Positions 37,931 to 48,810 of a stretch of 64,000 bases of DNA are shown here, one piece after another. Below the pieces are notes generated by a model that saw only the letters and a program-made list of their open reading frames with translations, searched no databases and was not told where the DNA came from. Where the stretch lies: NCBI GenBank assembly GCA_964016885.1, contig OZ024744.1, forward strand, positions 29,450,001 through 29,514,000. The letters are read 5' to 3'. The position numbers were made by a program, and so were the translations under genes. The DNA comes from Eledone cirrhosa (lineage: Eukaryota). The first letter of the stretch is position 1, and each line of letters starts with the position of its first letter.

Positions 37931-39678
37931 TAGCAGAAGTGCCCGGCGTTCCTCGGAGCTGAGGAACTGATGTATTATAATGAATATTCCATCTCCTTTG
38001 GTTTGCAGGCCTGCTGTGTCATGGTCTCTGTTAACTACGGTATATATAATCTGTTTGCAGCTAGAAAAATAGACATACCGCAGCAGGGTTTGTACTTACA
38101 TAGGTGATCCCCTGTCTATTTGACTTTCGCCTGACCTAACTGAGGTCGTAGGTGAAAGGGATAGGATCAATCACTTTTTGACAGGACAAAGAAAACGTTT
38201 GTTGGTGCCTGTTTATGTCGTGGTTTTGGGTTCAATCCCTAATTTTTAATGAACATGTGAACGTCCCTATCAGTTAAGAATGAGAAATTGTTAACGAAAA
38301 CTACATTGAAACACGCACACACACACGTGTGTATTGACGGTAATACACACACGCACACACACATGCTAACGGCGACATAACATTTACCGGTTATATAAAC
38401 TGTTCATGCTATATAACATCGTACTGACTACATAGCCTTTTATCTGCTACATAGCTTTACCGGCTACATAATGAATACCGGCTACGCAATTGATCTTGTT
38501 GTTTAAGGTAGTCTGCGAATAGTGTTTTAAAAAATTATTTAACTCACGTGATGTGAAAATGAAAATAATTATGTCGTTTGATTTTACGATTGAAAGAAAA
38601 TAATTGTCGCAAATTAGAATTTTTATTTGTTAATGAAATGTGTATGTGTGGTTAGAAATCCGGCACGTGGTTAAATTGATTTAAAGTTTAATTATTCATT
38701 TGATGTGGTGTGTGTTTGTATGTGTTTGCAAATAAATAAATCAGTTTGAAGACTCACATTTAGAATAAACGAAATTGTACGTTAATGTGGCTAATGTTTT
38801 TGTTGTTTATTCTGTAAAGTGTATGGGTGAGAGAGTAAAACGGACAGTATCACCATCAACATGAACAATGTAAAATGAAAAGAATAGTTGTTTCAGCTTG
38901 GAAAGAGAAAGTAGCAGATTAAAAAATTATTTGTTAACTCACATGATGTTAAAATGAAAATAATTATGTCGTTTGATTTTACGATTGAAAAATTATTTGT
39001 CAACTCACATGATGTGAAATGGAAGGGTAGTATTATCGCCATGAAGATTAACAACCGAAAATGAAAATAATTATGTCATTTGATTTTACGATTGAAAGAA
39101 AATAATTGTCGCAAATTAGAATTTTTATTTGTTAATGAAGTGTGTATGTGTGGTTAGAAATCCGGCACGTGGTTAAATTTATTTAAAGTTTAATTATTAA
39201 TTTGATGTGAGTGTGTGTTTGTATGTGTTTGCAAATAGATAAAACAGTTTGAAGATTCACATTTAGAATAAACGAAATTGTACGTTAATCTGGCTAATGT
39301 TTTTGTTGTTTAGTCTGTAAAGTGTATGAGTGAGAGAGTAAAACGGACAGTATCACCATCAACATGAACAATGTAAAATGAAAAGAATAGTTGTTTCAGC
39401 TTGGAAAGAGAAAGTAGCAGAATGTATGAAGTTGTATAGATTTTGAAGGGTAATGGAAAGAGTTTAGCAGTTGAAATGAGAAAGCCAAATCGTAAAATAT
39501 TGAGTTTTATCGATTTTTTGCGTAATTATGGGTGAAATTGAAAAGAATATATGTGCCATGACCCAATCGAAGCTATTTTGAATAGTAAATTATAAATTTC
39601 AATTGAAGAAATTCTATTACGTAGATTTCTATAACAAAGAAACATGACCATACACTGAGCTTTATAGATTATGATATA
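37930..39678 (-). mobile_element. Non-autonomous Helitron-like element with internal ~360-bp duplication
   Basis: Minus strand ends ccgaggaacgccgggcacttctg-CTAG-T (GC-rich hairpin plus CTAG terminus); 38556-38918 repeated at 39058-39421; the 5' boundary is approximate. Confidence 0.55.
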
Positions 39679-39691
39679 TGATATATAAACT

Positions 39692-39829
<138 letters not shown>

Positions 39830-39839
39830 CCTCGCAAAA

Positions 39840-39923
<84 letters not shown>

Positions 39924-40448
39924 TTTTGCGAGGTTTTTTTATATGAAATCGTGTGTCGAAACAAATATTGTCATACTTGGGGAGGGTCATATTTGTGTAA
40001 TATTGCCAGAATTAATAACAGAACACACTCGCTGTTTGGTTGGTTTTCGCTTCTGCGTCTTTCATATCGGTTAATTTAATTTATTCGGTCCTCAATGTTG
40101 CCATTGACTGACCAACGGTCAAAAATACAGATACAATATAGACACAAACATATATATATAGTCTATCAAAATTCTTTCGTTGCACATATGCAACATCGTC
40201 GGTGCTGCTATTATGTTTCCTCTCGTTGCATTGTATGCTTGCACCATCTTTATTTAGTCTGTTCATTTATTTATTTATTTGTTTTTTTTTGTCTTCTCTG
40301 CGCATGCGTTTGCGTGTGTGTATAGTGTTTTGTTTGATGTGTGTTCTTGTTTGGGTGACTGTGTATTGGTTATTGTATTCTATCTTAGTTTACTAGCGTG
40401 TGTTTATATGTGGTTGTTGTTATTGTGCTTGTGTATTTATTTATTTAT

Positions 40449-40715
40449 TTATACTTCTCTTAGGTCAGTGTTGTTTGTTTGGGTGTTGTTGCTATTCCAT
40501 TCATTTTTTCTGTTTAGGCTTGGCCTTCTAAGTTCTATTTCGCTGGCCTCTCTGATTTGCCTATCTGCTGGGTCATTTCTATGTTTAGATATTCTAACTT
40601 CTATGTTGTCTATGTTACCATTGTGTTGTTGCCTGGCATGTTCGTATAGCACTGATCCGCTTTTTCGTCCTTTTAGTTCCCCCCAGTGTTGGTCTATCCT
40701 TTCACCTATGCTATC
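40449..40715 (-). pseudogene. PLE GIY-YIG C-terminal half
   Basis: SIGERIDQH...SVLYEHARQQH...RQIREASEIELRRPSLNRKNEW, the expected continuation of YIGET. Confidence 0.85.
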
Positions 40716-40719
40716 CTTT

Positions 40720-40977
40720 TCACAATTAACTAACCAGTGTAGAAAGGGCCTGAAAAAGACGCACTTAAATATTAAGGTGGTAGAAAAGCCAGGAACCACC
40801 ATAAAATCCCTGATCAGCAAAACCTACCCTTTTAAGAAAATCCACTGTACTAATAGGTAATGTATCATATGTAAAGTAAACCCCCGGATAAACTGTAAAA
40901 CTAGAAACGTAGTCTATAACATAAGATGTACAGAAGGTACTTGCATAAACATGACAACAACATACATAGGCGAGACA
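40720..40977 (+). pseudogene. PLE Cys-rich linker and GIY-YIG N-terminal half (one in-frame stop)
   Basis: IKVVEKPGTTIKSLI...CTNR*CIICKVNPRINCKTRNVVYNIRCTEGTC...TYIGET (read through the TAA at 40858). Confidence 0.85.
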
Positions 40978-41043
40978 GTGAGTGTGTTCTGTTATTAATT
41001 CTGGCAATACTATTACACAAATATGACCCTCCCCAAGTATAAC

Positions 41044-41075
<32 letters not shown>

Positions 41076-41084
41076 CATATATAT

Positions 41085-41207
41085 ATTACAACACGTTTAA
41101 ACGCTATAAAAAGGAATTTATACAGTAAATATCGGTTGAGAAACTGCTAGTATTTTGTACATTGATATTATCAGCATAAATTCCTTTATCGTTTAAACTT
41201 GTTATAA
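41085..41207. repeat. Imperfect inverted repeat (MITE-like)
   Basis: acaacacgtttaaacgctataaaaaggaatttat ... ataaattcctttatcgtttaaacttgtt. Confidence 0.5.
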
Positions 41208-41488
41208 AATTCTAATCTCTCAACTAATGAGTTTTATTATTATTATTCCAGCGGGAATATTATGGCGCCAGTTCAAATAGAAATGCTATTGAAAGAAGTG
41301 AAGATTAAGATTGCTTATAAGTGCATCACTTAAAACACTGTGAACCGTTCCGTAGCCACTGCTGATGCTGTCTGATGCATCAAGGAATTATGGCGCACCA
41401 TGTGACATGCAAAGAAAGAAAACTCACCACACTGAAGAGGGGGCGAAACAAAATCTCCACAATTAGAAGTACCTCGGACGAGTTCACG

Positions 41489-41875
41489 TACTCTCGGGTC
41501 CTAAATAATGGGGGCTGGAATAAGCGTAATTTTTCGAGGTTGTCTCCGTTGATTTTTTTTTTTAAACCAGAATTAGTGAGATTTCTAGTAATCTACTTTT
41601 TTTATTTTTTTCATGTGTAATGATTTTTTAATGTATAAAGAAAATTAATTGTCGCAGGAATGCTACTACTTAAAATAAAACTCGGCCGGAGATAGATTAG
41701 CAAGATTTAATAAGTGGGAAGAGATGTGTGGTGGAATAAGATCCTGGAGGTGGGGTGAAGGGTCTGACAAATTAATAAGTTGTGTGTGTGTGTGGTGGTG
41801 GTGGTGGTGGTGGTGGTGGTGGTGGTGGTGGTGGTGGTGGTGGTGGTGGTGGGGGGTATTCGAGACCCGAAACAC
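41489..41875. mobile_element. Possible degenerate TIR element containing a (TGG)n tract
   Basis: tactctcgggtcctaaata partly complements tattcgagacccga; (TGG)n at ~41792-41852. Confidence 0.3.
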
Positions 41876-42049
41876 GCACGCTGTTAGCGATACAAAATGG
41901 AGTTGAACAGCGATAACGGTGGGGGGGGGGGGGCATCAGTTTCAGATCCACCTTCAAGATGAACTGATCAGTTACTCTACAGTACCTAAAGACGAGAACT
42001 CCTGATCCCGGGAGCTTCAAGAACAGGGGAATCGGTTTTAAATTATAAT

Positions 42050-42238
42050 GAAGGGCATGGATTGGCAGTATCGGTAGAGGGTCGAAAGCCATGCTTTGAC
42101 GCATAGAGTTACGGCCCTTACCATTCTGAGTTCAAATCCTGCCGAAGTTAACCTGACCTTTCATCCTTACGGAGTCGATAAAGTAAAGTACCAGTAATGT
42201 ACTGGGTAATTGCTGGCCTTGTGCCAAAAGTAGAATCA
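42050..42238 (+). mobile_element. tRNA-derived SINE, full length (Octopus-like family)
   Basis: A-box-like TGGCAGTATCGGTAG, B-box GAGTTCAAATCC, conserved core cctttcatccttacgg..tcgataaa..taaagtaccag; multiple copies in the window. Confidence 0.85.
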
Positions 42239-42256
42239 ATTATAATGAAGGGTATA

Positions 42257-42455
42257 GAAGGTGGTGGATTGTCAGAATCGGTAAAGCGTCGGATAAAATA
42301 ATTTATTGCGGTATTTGTTCTGTTGGCGCCGAGGTCAACTTTGCTTTTCATCCTCATGGAGGATCGATAAAATAAAATACCAGCAAAGTACTGAAGTCGT
42401 TATAATCGATTTTGCCTTCCTCCCAAATTGATGATGTTGTGCCAAAATTAGAAAT
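42257..42455 (+). mobile_element. Related SINE, diverged subfamily
   Basis: Same core (gccgaggtcaactttgcttttcatcc...tcgataaaataaaataccag) and gtgccaaaattagaaa tail. Confidence 0.75.
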
Positions 42456-42684
42456 CCTAGCATTCTATTAACATCAGAAAGAATTATGGTGAACGGTATG
42501 TTCCGTGTTGTTTTTCCATTGATCTGTATCGATCTTCTATATTTATGGACCCGTAACCTAAGAGCACTTTGTACCTGAAAGATCCCATCTCCTCTCCAGA
42601 TTTGAACACAGCCGATTTCTTCCAGAGAAGAGGGCAGAGGGAGAGAGATTGGGGAGAGGGGTTTGAGAAAGAGATATAGAGAAA

Positions 42685-42855
42685 AAATCGATTCCAGTAG
42701 TGGGCTAGCTAGTACTTTTATTTATCGATCTGGAAAGGATGAATAACTAAGTTGACCTCAGTCGAATTTGAACTGAGAGCACCGGAGAACCGGAACAGAT
42801 TCCCCAAAGTATTCCATCGGATGTTCTAATGACTCTGTGCCAATTCACTGCCTTT
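42685..42855 (-). mobile_element. Old SINE copy, reverse strand
   Basis: Reverse complement of the core and B-box (tttatcgatc..aaaggatgaa..gttgacctc..gaatttgaact). Confidence 0.65.
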
Positions 42856-43294
42856 TAGCTAAGATCAGAAGTCTTAAACTCAAGAGACTATGTAAGAATT
42901 ATTATGTCCTAGAAAAGAACCACAGTAGGCCAAGTGAGATCAGTGGGTGTGATTTCCACCAGGTGTAATGCTATATTTTTCTTCATCGAAATGAATGCCC
43001 AGCTGGTAGTCTGGAGGCTGGATTTAGACATGGGAGGGAGGGGGGGGTGCTCATACACAAACAAAATTAGAATACACAGCAAACCCTCAATTTTACATAC
43101 CAAAGTCAGCTTGGTGCAAATAATTGGGATATGTGAATTAGTACTAAAAGGGGATCAAATTTTCCATTATTACCTTTTTTTGTAAACTCCCTTTATTCCG
43201 TTTCCACTATTCAGGAATCCATGTTTTGGTTTTTTTCCACGTTTTATTGCATACCATGTCTAAATTGAAATAATTGTAATTGTCAAGAAAATTG

Positions 43295-43365
43295 TTGTCA
43301 CGAGCCACAGAAAAGAATTCTAATGGCCGCAGGCGGCCCTCGGGCCGCGTGTGTACGACTCTTGT
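43295..43365. mobile_element. Possible hAT-type transposon terminus
   Basis: ggccgcaggcggccctcgggccgcgtgtgtacgactcttg resembles the GCGGCCCGCGGGCCGC subterminal motif of hAT (Charlie-like) elements. Confidence 0.35.
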
Positions 43366-43822
43366 TCTAGAACTACGCTATGAAATATGTCTGTTCCTGA
43401 ACTATAAATGCTCCTTTCTCGGAACATTAATGTGTAATTTTAAGAAGATTCAGCGGACATTTCTAGCGGTGGACCGGCCACATATATTCAGTTTTTCTTT
43501 CGTTCGTTTATCATGTATGGTTCTAATTTTAAAGATTGTTACGGGTGAAATTTAGGAAAAAAATTGCCTGAAGTCACCCTGATAAGTGGATTATCGCTGA
43601 CAAATTTGGTGAATTTAAAGAAATTTAAGAAAAAGTATTTTAAAATATGTTAAAATAAAATGAAATAACAACTCGTTTTTCATCGTAGCTTATGTTGGTT
43701 TACTAACGTCAACGAATCATAGAAAGTTACGTGACTGACGAGATATCTGTAGCTTATATTACGTGTTGTACACACATATAGACACACATTTGAATAGCGA
43801 ACAATGTATCTCTTTGTATATG

Positions 43823-44520
<698 letters not shown>

Positions 44521-44527
44521 TAAAAGT

Positions 44528-44748
44528 AGGACACTTGAGGGTTATATCCGTAGAAGTAGTAAAGTGTTCAGTCCAAGGGTCGAGTTTGGTAGAAGTAGTT
44601 CCACAACAGTTAGTTCACCAACAATTGTTTCACCTTATGCGGAGCATCAACTCAGTATGGTGAACTAACTGTTGTGGAACTACTTCTACTAAACTTGTCC
44701 CTTAAACTGAGTGCTCTACTACTACGGATATAACCCTCCAGTGTTCTA
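44528..44748. mobile_element. MITE-like foldback element, ~220 bp
   Basis: Outer arms gagggttatatccgtag / ctacggatataaccctc; inner arms tagaagtagttccacaacagttagttcacca / tggtgaactaactgttgtggaactacttcta. Confidence 0.7.
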
Positions 44749-44758
44749 TTATTATTAT

Positions 44759-44868
44759 GTTCAAATCCCGCCGAGGTTAACTTTGCCTTTCATCCTTACG
44801 GGGTCGATAAAATAAAGTACCAGTAATGTACTGGTAATTGCTGGCCTTGTGCCAAAAGTAAAAACAAT
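44759..44868 (+). mobile_element. 5'-truncated SINE
   Basis: Starts at the B-box gttcaaatcccgccgagg; core and tail intact. Confidence 0.85.
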
Positions 44869-44879
44869 TATTATTATTA

Positions 44880-45130
44880 TGACTTTCGGAAACATTTTTT
44901 CACGCTCAGAATCAGTTGTTAGCTGTCGAGACACTGCATTCTTTAAAACCTCAATGCTTCCCGAAATTCGCCAACACTACACATGATATCCTCCCTCCAT
45001 ACACATACACACATGTATATCATGACTCATACACTATTCACTTCCCTGACATTTTTATATTATTCTATGTACTATACATGCACCTTTGATGAGTTGTAGT
45101 GCACCTGAGCACTGTACACAATCATTTCAT
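44880..45130 (+). mobile_element. Probable CR1-like LINE 3' end
   Basis: DFRKHFFTLR...SVVSCRDTAFFKTSM resembles a CR1-type ORF2 C-terminus (with deletion), followed by a UTR and a short ATT tail. Confidence 0.45.
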
Positions 45131-45140
45131 TATTATAATA

Positions 45141-45240
45141 CGCTGAGGTTAACTTTGCCTTTCATCCTTACGGGGTCGATAAAATAAAGTACCAATAATG
45201 CTCTGGGTAATTGCTGGCCTTGTGCCAAAAGTAGAAACAG
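45141..45240 (+). mobile_element. 5'-truncated SINE
   Basis: Core and tail match the other copies. Confidence 0.85.
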
Positions 45241-45409
45241 TTATTATAATACGACATTCCTCTCTCTTTCTTACACTGTCGTTTTAGATAGATACATAGC
45301 TATAACGTCGCGCGCTTATAATATCTGTCTATATGTCTGCCTGTCTGCATTGGCTTCGCTTCTAACCAACTTTCAATTAATTATATATATATATAATTAT
45401 ATATTCGTG

Positions 45410-45749
45410 TACATATTTTCAACAGTAATACTATACTATACTATATATTTTCAACAGTAATACTATACTATATATTTTCAACAGTAATACTGTACTATCT
45501 ATTTTCAACAGTAATACTATACTGTATATTTTCAACAGTAATACTATACTATATATTTTCAACAGTAATAATATACTATATATTTTCAACAGTAATACTA
45601 TACTATATATTTTCAACAGTAATACTATACTATATGTTTTCAACAGTAATACTATAATATACTATATGTTTTCAACAGCCATACTATACAATATATTTTC
45701 AACAGTAAGACTATACTATACTATATATTTCAACATTAATATTATACTA
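45410..45749. repeat. 27-32-bp minisatellite (TATATTTTCAACAGTAATACTATACTA)n; shorter array at 47617-47708
   Basis: About 12 tandem units; both arrays are preceded by aattatatattcgtgtacat. Confidence 0.9.
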
Positions 45750-45970
45750 TCTATATTATAAAGCTGACGGCCGTATGTATGTAACAAACTTTTCGCCAAA
45801 CGGCTGGACCAAACAGCACCAAATTTGCACCATAGATGTCACTTTTTCCAAGTAAGAAAGTGAGGGTATTTTTGTCTACAAAATTTAGTTAAAAGATTAG
45901 ATATTTTATTGTTTATTTAAATATTCACTTCTTTATAATTTTCAGATTTCAACACTTCCGTTTAGCGATC
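45750..45970 (+). mobile_element. Helitron-like 5' end fragment
   Basis: A|TCTATATTATAAA start followed by an aaacggctggacc...accaaattt core; 45895-45965 has a reverse-complement relative at ~59050-59125. Confidence 0.45.
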
Positions 45971-46114
45971 TTTCTTAGTCTGTCTTTTTAGATAGATACA
46001 TAGCTATAACGTCGCGCCCTTATAATATCTGTCTGTATGTCTGGCTCTCTGCATTACGAAAACCATTCTGTACATTGGCTTCGCTATCTGTGTGTGTGTA
46101 TATGTATATATATA

Positions 46115-46205
<91 letters not shown>

Positions 46206-46207
<2 letters not shown>

Positions 46208-46400
46208 CAAAAGGGATATTTAATTTGTTGGTAATTCAACAAATATAAATGTTTATAACTGATTCAAAGTACTCGACATGTTTTCTGGAGTGTAATATTC
46301 AATGATATTAAATAAATGGAACTATATTTATAAAACCATATTTATTCTATTATACATATTTCCAGGGTACCAAAACTTCGGTATCAGATAAAATACAAAA
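46206..46400 (-). mobile_element. Family B pLTR fragment with a core-deleted hammerhead (46343-46395)
   Basis: Similar to 52636-52831; minus strand reads tattttat-CTGAT[deletion]accgaagttttggtaccctg-GAAA-tatgtata-atagaata. Confidence 0.65.
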
Positions 46401-46417
46401 TTTATTTTAGAGATATT

Positions 46418-46513
<96 letters not shown>

Positions 46514-46938
46514 ATAAAATGGGGAGAAAGATACTGCTGGTAGCACATGGATAACATGTAATAAAATAAGTCCCTCATCAGTGATTTGCCGACGATCATA
46601 GATATTTCATTGCATTAAAAATCATATACCTCACGTCGGTGCAATAATAACTAAATTAAGTTATTAGGACAATTAAAACGCGTAAAGCGAGTGAGACAGG
46701 AAAACAACAAAGAGTAGAGCTAACCGTAGAAGCATATAATAAAGCACCAGTAATATACTGGAATAATAGCTGGCCTTGTGCCAAAAGTAGATACAATTAT
46801 ATTTCTTTTTTTAGACAACTGTAAATAACATGTTTATGTATGTATATATACGTATAAAGGTATAAAGGAATGGTGTCATAAAATGTTCAAATTAAGTTGT
46901 CTCTTACTTATGATACTAACATTATATATATATATATA

Positions 46939-47051
46939 TGAGTTCAAATCCCGCCGAGGTTAACTTTGCCTTTCATCCTTACGGGGTCGATAAAATAAAG
47001 TACCAGTAATACACTGGGTATTTGCTGGCCTTGTGCCTAACGTAGAAACAG

Positions 47052-47052
<1 letters not shown>
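46939..47052 (+). mobile_element. 5'-truncated SINE (a further tail fragment at ~46745-46800)
   Basis: B-box, core and tail present. Confidence 0.85.
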
Positions 47053-47124
<72 letters not shown>

Positions 47125-47129
47125 ATATA

Positions 47130-47165
<36 letters not shown>

Positions 47166-47182
47166 CATACATACATACATAT

Positions 47183-47255
<73 letters not shown>

Positions 47256-47302
47256 CGCACACACAGAAATGTATATATGTTTCTATAGCACACCTCCATT
47301 CC

Positions 47303-47592
47303 CCCCTCTCTCCCTCCCGCTATCCCCCTCTTGTAGTCTGTCTCTTTCTTTCACTCTCACACTCTCTCTACGCGTGCGCAAAAAACATTCGCACGCGCGC
47401 ACGTGTTTTAGCGTCTATTCACTCTCTCTCTCTTGCTCTCTCCCTCCCGCTATCCCCCTCTCGTAGTCTGTCTCTTTCTTTCACTCTCACTCTCTCTCTA
47501 CGCGTGCGCAAAAAACATTCGCACGCGCGCCCGTGTTTCCACTGTCGGACAGACAGACAAACAGAGAAATTGCTGGTTATATATTATGAGAT
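47303..47592 (-). mobile_element. Helitron-like 5' end with ~130-bp tandem duplication
   Basis: Minus strand begins TCTCATAATATATAACC...tctctgtttgtctgtctgtcc; 47305-47408 duplicated at 47436-47538. Confidence 0.4.
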
Positions 47593-48090
47593 ATATATAT
47601 AATTATATATTCGTGTACATATTTTCAACAGTAATACTGTACTGTATATTTTCAACAGTAATACTATACTATACTATATGTTTTCAACAGTCATACTATA
47701 CTATATATAGTTCAATGATATATTTCAGTTATTCAACAGCTATGCCCGCATCAGGCAGTAAGAACTTGAACAGAAAAAACAGGAAAACATAATGTTGGAA
47801 TAGATTTTACCTTTTTAATTCCTCGATATGTTCAGGTCCAGAGTCTGGTGTTAATCCTCTAAGGAATTGAAAATATGATTTAGAATGAACGAATTCGTTC
47901 ATTCTAAATCATTAATATGTATTTAAAAGAAAACAAAAGGCTTTTAGGGATTTAAAACTTCTTTGGGGGAATCTCATTTCGGCCGCGTGTATTGGCGGTC
48001 GTATTCTTTCGGTTATTACCCAAAATTCATGTCGATAGTTAAGTGTTGGTACATCGAATTGAAGATAGTGAGTTTGGTTTTCGCCTAGCT

Positions 48091-48665
<575 letters not shown>

Positions 48666-48810
48666 TTATTATAACTCCGGAACTTATATCTTCGTTGAGT
48701 GCTCCCTATCCGCATACTGAAGTACTGGATTTTACAAACACTTACTTTCTTACTTACCCCATGCTTCACACCCTGTTGAGCTCCTCATACAGTAGCGTAC
48801 CGCAGCCAAT

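Larger units (their letters stand above)
39920..41042 (-). mobile_element. 5'-truncated, 5'-inverted Penelope-like element (GIY-YIG endonuclease region plus 3' pLTR)
   Basis: Endonuclease N-half on + (40720-40977) and C-half on - (40715-40449); terminal inverted repeat 39972-40033 / 40975-41042; (TA)n on both flanks. Confidence 0.8.

Noticed and set aside
39955-39980. Plus-strand hammerhead half-site GAAAC-AAATATT-GTC
   Set aside because: No CTGANGA upstream in this copy or in the one at ~60320-60335.
42050-42145. tRNA genes
   Set aside because: A/B boxes run into a shared SINE core and tail, and no cloverleaf is evident.
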